Shown here piece by piece: positions 51,065-64,000 of a stretch of 64,000 nucleotides of DNA (position 1 is the first letter of the stretch; each line of letters begins with the position of its first letter). The stretch comes from Eledone cirrhosa. Lineage: Eukaryota. Location of the stretch: positions 298,158,001-298,222,000 of the forward strand of contig OZ024742.1 of NCBI GenBank assembly GCA_964016885.1. Direction: 5' to 3'. The notes under the pieces were generated by a model. It did not search any database, was not told where the DNA came from, and saw only the letters and a program-made list of their open reading frames with translations. A program made the position numbers and the translations under genes.

Positions 51065-51990
51065 TCCCTTATTATCATATTTTTATTGAAAGACACAGCA
51101 GATGATTTTCAAATAATTTTGAAAATAGTGAAGAATTTGAAGGGATTTAGTAATATAGTTAATTTCCTCATGACATTGATTTTTTAAGCATAACAAAGTT
51201 TTTCATACAGAAATATAATGAAAGACTTTTAGATAAATATGAACTATTTAAAATAAACAGCTTTGTATTATAGAACCAATGTGTTTTTTCAGGGGTTTTG
51301 GTATTACGAAGGTTAATGTCATGATACAATTGCTAAACTTTTATTATTTTTAGCAAAATTATTTGGTTATGACAGCCAATTTCTTTGAGAAAAATTTCAT
51401 AACAGTGTATTATATTATGTTACAAATACTATCCACATGTATATAAGTACTGATATGTAGTATATATAATTTAAATGTCTTTATAATGTGTGAAGATATG
51501 CGTATTAGCCAGATTTCAATTAATATATTGAACTATTTGTTTTCTCTTTCATTTTTCCACTATACAAAACGACTAAACAATGCTTTTAATCAATTATTAT
51601 CGAAGAATATATGAAAGGGATATTCTTATGTAAGTATTAATGATTTCCTGATTGTTTTCCTTATTTTCCTAAATAAATCAATTGTATAAGATTTAGTATT
51701 ATGGATACTTAATAGTAATTATCTGTATCCCAATAAAACTAATGTATATACTTTTATATATGTTACAGTGATCGATAAGTCACACCTCATTAATTTTTAT
51801 AATAATTTCTGATACCAAACCACTTGAAAATACCCTTGGTTCTATGATGCTAAGCTGTTTATTTGAAAGTGCTTATATTTATCTAAAATCCTTCAATTAT
51901 AATTTTATGCAAGGACCTTTGTTGAGTTATTTTTCAAGCACCAGTTTAATAATGAAAAAGTTATCTAGTTAAATCCCTCTAAACTGTATT
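51065..51990. mobile_element. Inverted pair of MITE family 1 copies (51065-51316 minus, about 51805-51990 plus)
   Basis: Both are homologous to 54430-54689. Confidence 0.7.
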
Positions 51991-53139
51991 TTCTTTGCAT
52001 AAATCCATTTAACTGTTCAATGTTCTGAATGAATATAGATTTATTTTATTTTATTTCTTTATATAGTAGACATGCTGAATTATCTCCATACAAACAGGCA
52101 GCATATTTATTGATGAAAACTCAACGAACAACGTATAACATGTACAAATTACTTAACCTCCTGCTGTTATCAAGTCTACTAAATAAAGTAACTCATACAA
52201 GCCATATGGTTAAATAAAATATACATTTATTGTAAACATATGATAATGTTTATTCACACCAACATTTATTCTTTAAATAAACACAACTGAAAATTTAAAA
52301 AGAAATGATGCAATTAAAAAGAAACTAAACTATTTGCTAATATTTTATTCATTACTTAGATTACAATCTCAGAATACTATTCAATTATAAGTAAAACATG
52401 TGTATAAAAATCTTTGTGATATTATAGGGCTAACTATAAAGTTGGCCATCTTGAAAAAAACAGGTCCCTATTATATATTTGATATGAATTCAGATTTAAA
52501 TTAATGAAGAAAATAATTAAATTTAAAAACTAAAAAAATAAATAAATTTGTAAATAGCTAAGACTATCCCGAACTATTGTTTATACCTATGAAAATAACT
52601 AAAATAAAATACTCTTAGCCATGAATAAAACTATATTTTATATCATGCACGCATGCGCACATGAGCACCCACATACACATATACAATACTTTGTTTGTCT
52701 CTGACTGGGAATTTTAAAAAATGTTGAACAAAGAAGCAAGTGTAATTGAAAAGAGATGGTCCTTGTTCTAAGGGGAAAAAAACAAACTTATCTTATATTA
52801 GTATTTCGTCATTTAATGTAAATCTTTGAGAATCAGAAAAACTCAGTAAACTGGAAGTGTTTGCATCAAATAAAAAGAACTTAGCTTGTTTATTACTTTT
52901 AAAATCTAAGTTGGCATAAAATGAAAACACAAGCTTATTTAACTAATATCTAGTAATAATATAGAAATATTATAAATAAGGCATGTTCTAAATGAAAAAT
53001 ATTAAAAATATAAATGACAAAAAGAATAGGGTCAAAATATATTTGATACACCATATATTTTTTCACAGATTAAACAGTTGTCAATCTCCTATGGAAGCTT
53101 ATTTAATTAACCTCTAGCATATATACGTGACAGTGTATG

Positions 53140-53176
<37 letters not shown>

Positions 53177-53423
53177 TACAAATAAGCCATATTTTAAATG
53201 AGAAAAATAAAAATAAGGAAAATAATAAGTATAGGGTCAAAATATATTTAATACCACATATGATATTCCAGAGATTAAACATTTGTAAAACGACTGTAAA
53301 AGTTCTACAGGATGTTTTGAAACGTACCCAGTAAAAGAAATAAAAGACAAAGAATGCTATTTTATCAAAACATCTTTTTTTAAGGATTTTATTTACATAT
53401 GTAATCTAAATAAATAAATAAAT

Positions 53424-53513
53424 AGAAGAAGAAGAAGAAGAAGAAGAAGAAGAAGAAGAAGAAGAAGAAGAAGAAGAAGAAGAAGAAGAAGAAGAAGAAG
53501 AAGAAGAAGAAGA
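53424..53513. repeat. (GAA)n microsatellite
   Basis: Seen directly. Confidence 0.97.
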
Positions 53514-53902
53514 CCACCAACAACAACAACAACAAATTATGGACAAATAAAGGAAGAAAGGGGCGAGGTAAGACATAGAATGTCAGAAAAAAATGAAAGA
53601 GCCATTTTCAAAAAAATATGTGTCTCAATGGATCAAAGAATTTTTTTTTTAATGTCATTTATATTTAAGTTGATTCAAATTCTTTCTCAAAGAGAAATAT
53701 AGTAAGAAAATTCTAATAAAATGGGGAAAATCAAATAACGAAATTAATATGTAGAAAGATTGATATTGATTTTAATTATTCATCAAATAGTATTCATACA
53801 ATACAAATTGGAGGAGATCGGTAGAGAAATATAGACACATTTTTAGGAATTCAAGTTATAGGGCTCACAAGTCTAATTCCAGTTTTAGCAGATAAAGTAG
53901 TT

Positions 53903-54130
53903 TTAACCATTTTATTACTATATTTCTAATGAAAAACATTGCCTCTGCTTTTCAAATAATTTGAAATTAGTTAAGAATTCCGTAGGATTTAGTAATATAA
54001 CTAACTTTTAATCTGGTGTTTGGAACATAAAAGTTCTTACATAAAATACAATTAAATATGAACACTTTAAAATGAACAGCTTTGTATCATAGAACCATAA
54101 GCAGTTTCATGTGGTATGGTACCAAAGGAT
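53903..54130 (-). mobile_element. TTAA MITE family 1
   Basis: TTAACCATTTTATTACTATATTTCTAATGAA...GTATCATAGAACC. Confidence 0.78.
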
Positions 54131-54429
54131 ACCAAGCAATTTAAGCTTGCAATCTAGTTTCAGTTATCATTTAAGGCAATTTCCCTCCACATGTTTTTGT
54201 AATACATTTAGAAAAGGACCATATAACAAAACTTCTATTTTCCCAAATTCCCTGAAAATCCTTACTTCATGTCTATCTAAAGCTAGGTGAATTTGAATCA
54301 TTGCAGTACATCATCTTAAAGTCAGTATGACATCATAGAGTAACTACCAACAGACAAGGTTAGCTGAATTAGCAGAGATAAAGACACTTGTCTTGCCAGT
54401 GGTAGTAATGTGTTGGGATTTTACAGTTC

Positions 54430-54689
54430 TTAAACGTTTTGATAACAAACCACACGAAACTGCCCCTGGTTCTATGATAGAAGCATGCTTATTTTAAAGT
54501 GTTTATAATGATCTAACAACCTTCGATCATAATTTTATGAAATAACATTTGTTAAGTTATGTACAAAATACCAGTTTAATAATGGGAAGTTGATATTAAT
54601 ACATCACTCCAAATTCTTGATTATTTTCAAAATTATTTGAAACCAACAGGTAATATCTTACATTAAAGATATAGTAATGTAAGGGTTAA
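54430..54689 (+). mobile_element. TTAA MITE family 1 (reference copy, about 260 bp)
   Basis: TTAAACGTTTTGATAACAAACC...ATAGTAATGTAAGGGTTAA. TTAA target and CCCT-type termini as in piggyBac. Confidence 0.85.
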
Positions 54690-54889
54690 CCTTTCTTTCA
54701 TACTTTGTGAATCAATAAAATAAGTTTTAGATCAAATAAAGGTAGGAAGAAACTATGGTTGATATTAAAGTCTGACAGAATATTTGACTCAGCAGTTTGC
54801 TTGTTCATGGCCTTAAGATCAAACATTGCTAAATCGGTTTCTAAGATAAAAAAAAGTCAACTGTAATTATTCATCACACCACTTAAGGA

Positions 54890-56280
<1,391 letters not shown>

Positions 56281-58174
56281 AGACAAATAAATTAAATGAT
56301 GCATAAAACAAACATCTGTATTCATTTTAGATATTTGTAATAATTTAAGGACTCCTACCTTCAACCATTTCCCCATTGGGAAATAAAAGGACGACACGGT
56401 TTGTCTTGTTTGAAACATATATCCGTGGCCTGTCAGTTTTAGTTTTCGTATCCATTATAACAAATTTGGCCAGCTGGAAGCATTTGAGAATGGTAAAAAA
56501 ATCTCAAGACTCTCACAACCTTCTTTTGATCACAGTAAAATTCCTTTACTTGTATGCTAGGTTAAATTTGGGGTTTGTTGTTGACATGGTGAAAATTTCC
56601 AAGTACTTGTAATTTTTTTAAAATCTTTAACCAAAATATTCACATGATAATATTTAGATTTTCACATATTTCCATGGCATGAGAGTAAGTAAAGTAAGAA
56701 ATATCAACAGTATGGACAGGAGGAGTAAAGATAACAATATATATTCTGTGAATTCCTTCACATAATAAATATCAGAGAAGGAAGGGTGATCTTCTAGTAA
56801 ATGAATTCTTTAAAAATGGTAATTCCTGAAATGCAACCATGACAACCAACTGATTATTTGGCCATGAGTACATTTCCTAATACACAGTATGAAGGCCCCA
56901 TGGTTTATGTTACAACTGAATAATATAGGTGTCACCAGCTTAGTGCTGAAGAATGAGTAGCTAGTACAGCAATATAGCCATGTGTGTTGGTTGGAAGGAG
57001 AGAGGGAAGAAAGAGAGAAAAGAAAGCACATGAGAGAGAGAGAGAAATAGAGAGAGACAGAGTAACAAAAGTAACTGCAATATGAATTACACACACATAC
57101 ACATGAATATATAAATAAATAACTAAATAAATAAATAAATGGTGTTTGTATTCCGTGAGAAAAATGTCTAGAATTGTTTACATTTCACACATTTGGGGGT
57201 GGAGGTGGGAAAGATGTGTTTCCCAAAACTCTGGTGCGAGAATGAAAGAAAGAAAAAAAAAAGAAAAAAAAAGGGGGGAAATATGACAGATGATCCAGTT
57301 GTGTATGTATTGTCACACAGGTTGTCACAGTCCAACTACAAACCAGTATATATATTGATGAGTGAAGCTATGGAGGAAAGAGGCAAATCCATAAGCAGCC
57401 AGCCAGCCAACCAGCCAGCCAGCGAGCAAGCCTTGATAACCAGGCAGATACATAAACAGCAGCTGCCAGTTTTCTTCCATTCTTCTTCTCTGTCTTTCTC
57501 CCTCTCATTCTTACACATGTAGAGCAAGAGCAAGAGAGAGAGTATCTTTCTGTCTGTCTTCTTTCTTTTTCTGAAATACTATTCTAGTATTCCACCCAGG
57601 ACTTTCTTTCAGAGCTGTTATTATTTATTCGGAAGTAACCACAACAGAAGATAATGGATGGCATTTATCTATGGTTCTAAGACTATGTTAAAAATGAAAT
57701 TATTTAAACTAGCCATTTACAAAGCAAAATCTGTCAATATCTACTGCCATAAGGAGACATTTACCAAATTCATCATCATTATTACATCTCTAACAAGACT
57801 TTTCTTTGATTAAAAATTTCAGTCCAGAAAAACAAACATCTGCTATTAAAGTATATATTAATAGTAGTAAAAATACTAGAAGTAGCAGTAGTATAGGGTT
57901 TAAATAAAATACAATAAAACGACTAAGCTATGTCAAGAGACAAACACCAAATAGTTAACATTTCTCAAAATATGTTTAAATAATCTAGCAGGTGGTAAGA
58001 GAGAAACGACCAAATGGAAACAGGAGGAAAGAATGCCAACTATGCTAATGTTTGTAAATGTAATAAATATATTAAATTTATTTTATTTAGTTTTGAATTT
58101 TAAATAATATTTTAGAATTTTATATATTTTTAACACAATTAGATTAATATTTAAAGACAAATACCATTTTGAAA

Positions 58175-58211
<37 letters not shown>

Positions 58212-58656
58212 CACGTGTGTCTGTGTGAGTGTGTGTGTTTATTTATAAATAATATCCCAAAACAGGGAATTACAGATATTTTAATCTTTCCTTAATGACA
58301 ATCTCATTAATTTTTCCAAAGTTTTTTAAACACTTTAGAAAAGAATATAATTATGTGCAAAGTAATTAACATTTTATCATCATACGTTTATTATTTCTCC
58401 ACTGGTTATAGATACCAACATTATATTTATTTCTTACATTATTATAACTTTGCCTTTCATCCTTAATCGATAAAATAAAGTACCAGTAATGTACTGGGTA
58501 ATTGCTGGCCTTGTGCCTAAAAGTAGAAACAATTATTATAACTATCAAAATTTCCTAGTATGAATATACCCATTTAAAAGAAAGTTATTTGAGTGTTGAC
58601 TTGGTCTATAGCAACCCACCCAACCCTTGCTAACAGAGAAATGGACGTTAAATAAT

Positions 58657-59269
58657 GATACAAAACTGCCTGAAACCACCTCTTGTTCTACAGGGTGCAG
58701 CAGAAAATCCTCTCAAATTTTACACAATGAACATGTAATAACAGGAGATTTTTGTGACACACCCTGTACAGTATGAAGCTATTCCTTTTAAACTGTTTAT
58801 ATTTATCTAAAAAACTTCCATCATAATTTTTAAAATAAATAAGTCAAAACGAAATTACAGATATAGCTTAATAATGATAAAGTCAGTTATATAACTAAAT
58901 CATTCCAAATTCTTGATTGTTTTCAAAATTATTTGAAATTCTTATGCAGTATCTTTCATTAGAAACATTGTAACTAAAGGGTTAGCAGGATTTAATTGAA
59001 ATATAAACTGATTCAATTGGAAAACAAAAATTAATTCAACTCCTTATCATATTTTTAATGCCTGTGTGTTTCAAATAATTTAGAAAATAATCAAGAATAT
59101 ATTAATGTAACAAATTTTCTCTTAATTAAGCTGGTGTTTGGAACACAACTTAAAGGTTCTTACATGAAATTATAATGGAAGAGTTTTGGATAAATATACA
59201 TATTTTAAGATAAAGAGCTTAATGTCATAGAACCTTGCGCAGATTCGGTGGTTTGGTATCATGAGTTAA
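58657..59269. mobile_element. Tail-to-tail pair of MITE family 1 copies (58657-58985 plus, about 59035-59269 minus)
   Basis: Both are homologous to 54430-54689. Confidence 0.75.
58691..58766. mobile_element. 76-bp Tc1/mariner-type MITE nested in the TTAA MITE
   Basis: TA-CAGGGTG...CACCCTG-TA with longer imperfect TIRs. It interrupts the host consensus at GTTCTA|TGAT. Confidence 0.72.
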
Positions 59270-59989
59270 TTGGAATAAAATCTATTTAAATCTAAAGATT
59301 TGTGTAAGGTACACAATACTGCATTCATTATAGGATTTCAGTACATTATTTGAAAAGACACCTTATCCATTTTGTTTTATTATAAAATGAATTTTCTTTC
59401 TACATATTTAATAACAAACAACTAACTCTAATCAAAAACAAAGATGCTACATTTACATGCAGTTAAAATTTCCCCCAATATATAAATATACCTTGCCATC
59501 GTTGGCAGCTCAACTTACTGAAGTATCAGATGAGATTTGTGATGGTGCTTTGCTATTACAGTGCCTTAGCCTTACATTCACCCATGGCAATGTGGTGTGT
59601 TTTGGTTTGTCTCAAGAAATTTTACAGTAGATCACCAGCCTTCCCCCTGGTGGTGTGTAATTGAGTGTGAATGTCTTTTTGTTTCTTTCCTTTTTCTCTG
59701 ATTACTTTCTATTGTTTTGTTTCTTTTGTAATTCATATTTATTATATAAATAGTATTCAGAAATATAGTCATAATAATGCAAATAACTATAAACAAATCG
59801 GATAAAGTATTTTTGGAGATGGAAAATATTGGACAAACATATTGTGGTGACTATATGTTTAAATTCCAAATTTCCTATAAAAATTGTGTTTATATGTAAG
59901 TGAATAAGGCAGAGGGTCTCTTACACAAGCTAGATGTTTCTACTCAAGCTATGAGACTCTTCCTAAATCTCAACAAAACCAAATATATG

Positions 59990-60570
59990 ACCATCAACTC
60001 AGATCAAACAACAAACATCAAATCTTTAAGCACACTGTTCTTGAAAAGGTAAACAATTTCAAATACTTCGGCACATACACCAACTCGTCAAATGATATAA
60101 ACAACAGGATAGCATGAGCATGGCCTGCTGTGAACTCACTAGATAAGGTGTGGAGATAACAACAAAAACAAAAGTTAGATTATTCAAAGCTACAGTGGAA
60201 TCAATCTTACTGTATTCCTGTGAATAATGGTTAGTGACAATACCTATCACAAAAGCTTTAGATAGTTGCTACACACGAATGCTAAGAAGGATAAAAACAT
60301 CAAACCTCTTGACTGTGTTAGAAACAGGATTCTCTATGGCAAGCTCCTTCCCATTAGCCATACCATCCGTGTCAGGTGACTTCAACTTGCAGGTCATGTC
60401 ATGAGAGGCAATGGACCTTCTACATAACTTTTACTATGGGAGCCCACTAATATGAAATGCAAATGTGGAAGACCTCTCAAGACATTTAAGAGAGTCGTTG
60501 AGGAAGATACACAATTATCCGGTAAAGAGCTGAGGTAATTAATGTTAGATTGTGTGAGATGGAAAGGTTT
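59990..60570 (+). mobile_element. Decayed LINE 3' part related to 25598-26310
   Basis: FKYFG...LFKATVESILLYSCE*W...LDSCYTRMLR...LQLAGHVMR...LLWEP...GRP. Confidence 0.82.
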
Positions 60571-61006
60571 TATTATGTCACTACATAGAAGTGGATGACT
60601 TTAGTTGTAATGGCTAGTATGTAAATAAATATACAGAATTGCTAAATATTCCTTACTAAGCAATATTTCTTGAAAATAATTATTTCTACTTTTGGCACAA
60701 GGCCAGCAATTACCTCAGTGTATTACTGGTGCTTTATTTTATCAACGCCATAAAGATGAAAAGCAAAGCTAACCTTGGCAGGACTTGAACTCAGAACGTA
60801 GAGGGCCATAATTATGCTGCAAAGCATGGTATCTGATGCTCTACTGATACTGCCAAGAAGGATTATTATATAACATTTTAGATATATGATAACAGATTAA
60901 AGCTGTAATGGCAACAATTAGAATTTTTATTGCTACCAGTACATATGGCTTGCTAAATGTTGCATAACATAATGAAGTACCTTCATCAAGCATTAAACTA
61001 TATTCT

Positions 61007-61575
61007 TTAACACTTTCATGACCACATTTCTAGTTAATGATGCAATTAAATAAAATTATTAGTTAATAATTTAGATAATAACTTAACATAATTTTTGTAT
61101 AAAGCTATTTTGAAAAGTTTTAATTTAAGTATCAACCTTTCAAAATAGGTGGTTTTATTTCATAGAACTGGAGCTGGCTTTGGCATGGTTGGTATGAAAG
61201 GGTTTAGACAGAATAAATAGGTAGATCTTGTTGTGGGTGATTTTGAGAAGGTATTAGGTTTGTACATATTTAATAACCTACTAAGTGTTGCAAAACAACA
61301 GAGAAAAATCACCATTATCAACATCAAAGATTAAACTATATTCCTTAAATCGTTTGATACCAGACTGACCAAAACCAGCCCTGGATCTATAAAATAAAAC
61401 CACAAATTTTAAAGGAGTCCTATTTAAAGTAAAATCTACCATCATAATTTTATATACAAACTATATGTTATCTTAGTAATGAGATAATTTATAACTCTAG
61501 TAAATCCCCCAAAAATCTTCATTCAGTAATTGAAATACAGTGTATGTAATTAGAAACATGGTCATAAAAGGTTAT
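61007..61575. mobile_element. Inverted pair of MITE family 1 copies (61007-61206 minus, 61345-61575 plus) within a local tandem repeat
   Basis: Each follows ATTAAACTATATTCYTTAA. Confidence 0.72.
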
Positions 61576-62840
61576 GTAGAATAAATAAATGCTTAAGTGT
61601 GTGATTTTGAGGAGGAAATCGTAGACTTATATGAACTTTAAAATTACTGATATGAGTTGCTTAGTGTTGCATAACATCATAGTGAAGAATCATCAGCAAA
61701 GATTAAACTATATTCCTTAATCAGACAATACAATAATGCCATTGCTTAGGAAACTGGTGAGTCAGGTCAAAACCAAGGAAGAGTACACAAGATTCCAACC
61801 AATGAAGGCAGCTGCTAATAGGGAGGAGGTGTTATGACGAAAACAAGTCAGTGTTATTTTCTGACAAAAATAGTCAGCCTTAAAAATAACAACTAGTTAC
61901 TGAAGAACTAGAAAATAAAAAAAAATAGTAATAAAAAAATTTCTTTGAACAAACTTATCTTTGCAAAATACTTTCTTCAAACCTAACATGATAGATAAAC
62001 CAGTAAGTTTAAACTTTAAAGTGACAACTTAGATTACAAAACAACTAAACCAAAGTAAATAATTTATGGAAACTGTCTTAATTATTTTAATAAATTAATG
62101 AAATGATTCTTTGCCTCAGATGGTCCAATACCTTGTGAGTAAAATTTGGTACATGGAAACTATGTGGAAGCTTATATGTTTATGTGCGAGTGTGTGCATG
62201 AATTTTCTATATCTAAAGATATACAGTATGTTTAATAAATAAACATTTTAAAAGCCCAGTTATGAATAGAAGGGTGACAGCCAGTGCCATCTAGCAGATT
62301 CCAGCAGTGGATGATTTCCTATGTATTTCGAACTTAATGGTTTTCATCAGGACAATACCCAGCCAGAAATCATTAGGAGACCTTACTAAGCCAGACATGC
62401 CTTTACACAACTCCTGGCCTGTAAGTTACCAGGTGGTTTATAAGGCAAATCAAAAGATATAACAACAATGTAATGGACCATAACTGGGAGTTTCTAATAT
62501 GTTCATTAACACATTTCTCTTTATACACTCATTATCTATTACATTAATATTGAACATTTTCATTGATTTAGAAAAATAATTAAAATTTAATTCCTAGAAG
62601 ATTTCTAAAATAGGCATAAGATAGGTATTAAAGGAAGGGAATATGAATTTGTAAGGAAGGATGATTTGGTATCATATGCCATACATTCACTAATGGCTTT
62701 AGGTGCCAATGTAGTCCCTCAAAGACAGAGAGGCTCTTTCGACTCCCACCTTGCTCACTCTTGACATAGCCAAACATCACTGATGTGATAGCTGGAGTGA
62801 GAAAAAACTATTTCTCTCTCCCTCTCACACACATACACAT

Positions 62841-63170
62841 TGTAGCGACCCCGAGGGTAAAAAAAGAGAATTAATTAGAGTTACTTCCCGTAGGCATTAT
62901 AAATAGATGAGACTTGTGTTTCTCACTCTCTTATTCGCTGCCGGCCTCGTTCTGACGAGCAGCTCTCTATACTCTTGCGGCTACTTCGGAACTGAACACT
63001 ATATGTACAGAGCATATCACTTCTATCTTGCATGCCCGGTATCTATAACTTCTTTCTTATTGAATTAGTGATTGGTTATCAGCGGTATCTTCCGGAGAAG
63101 ATTAAACCAATAAACCAATACACTAAAACATCATCATCATCATCATCTTCATATACATCAAACATTTCCA
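62841..63170 (+). mobile_element. Probable solo LTR (330 bp)
   Basis: Begins TGTAG and ends CA, with ACAT on both sides (62837-62840 and 63171-63174). TATAAATA near 62898, AATAAA near 63109. CpG-rich relative to its flanks. Confidence 0.6.
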
Positions 63171-63369
63171 ACATGTGTTTAAAGTAGGCATTAAACAAAC
63201 AAAAGATAAATTTATATGTCACATGAGCTATTTCCCTAATTTCTGTTTACTTTGAAATAGAAATATTGATTTCCAATATGAATACTTTTTTTTATCAACC
63301 ATGGAAGGGGAAAAGTGAAATTGATTATGATAGGTTCGAACTCAAGATATAAAGGGCTAAAATTAAATA

Positions 63370-63690
63370 CTCAAAGGCATTCTTTTTTCTAGAGTGATAA
63401 GAGAAATCAGATGCAGTGTGAAAGAGAAAGAAGATTGGATGATCATCATGGGGTGAAAAAGTGCCAGGAATTCTAAGTGGACGAAAGCTGCTGAAGAGGA
63501 AGACCAAGGAAAACTTGTGTAGATACTAATCTGTGAATAGCTGATCACAAAATGCAGAAACTGACAGAGGAGACGACAAAGGAATGCAATAAGTATAGGA
63601 AAGCTGTGCTAAAGAAAAATTGTCCAGACCAAGCAAGTATAAAAATATGGACATATAAATGATGATGAGGATAAGAATGTTGATGATTTT
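63370..63690 (+). mobile_element. Old RTE 3' end
   Basis: IREIRCSVKEKE...VKKCQEF*VDESC*RGRPRKT, then a GGACATATAAATGATGATGA tail. Confidence 0.75.
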
Positions 63691-64000
63691 CTTAAACCTA
63701 AATTCTTAAAACCATAGCTGAAAAGCCACAAATATTTTAGTGTAATGTTTAAGAAATGTCATAGTAACATTTTATGACCATCTGGGAAATTAAGAAATGT
63801 GATAACATGTGACCAACAGTAATCATTTAGCAAAAGATATGCCAGAATTTTAACTCTAAGAAAACAGAAGTAATATTATCATTAGACTAAAAGGCTCACC
63901 AATAACAAATTGTATGTGTGTGTAACACATTCACATATAAATAAACTTTTTAAAAATAAACACTATGGCTGTTATGTGTAATTAAGGAAGATTGGTTGCA

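Noticed and set aside
59560-59660. miR-124-like TAAGGCAC and CTCF-like CCACCAGGGGG on the minus strand
   Set aside because: Only the seed matches and there is no precursor hairpin. The CTCF-like match lacks its 3' half, so both are compatible with chance.
62951-62995. CTGACGA in the solo LTR as a hammerhead core
   Set aside because: No downstream GAAA...UH arrangement.

Overview
This is AT-rich eukaryotic DNA made up mostly of repeats. The mix of (TA)n/(CAT)n microsatellites, RTE LINEs and tRNA-derived SINEs suggests an octopus or other cephalopod intronic/intergenic region, but that is inference. I found no host exon I can support, and most ORFs in the track are microsatellite artefacts or antisense shadows of LINEs. 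Main content: (1) a near full-length, recently inactivated RTE LINE (7146-10930) plus truncated relatives, whose reverse transcriptase carries a C4HC3 PHD finger between RT motifs 6 and 7; (2) decayed R4/Dong LINEs; (3) at least three SINE families; (4) about 14 copies of a TTAA (piggyBac-type) MITE, often in nearby inverted pairs; (5) a probable solo LTR. The most striking signal is a set of small non-coding fold-back elements, most of them embedded in or ending at (TA)n tracts. They carry hammerhead-ribozyme motifs (one complete, present on both strands of a 308-bp palindrome) and resemble non-autonomous Penelope-like/retrozyme elements. All alignments and folds were done by eye, and boundaries of decayed repeats are approximate.
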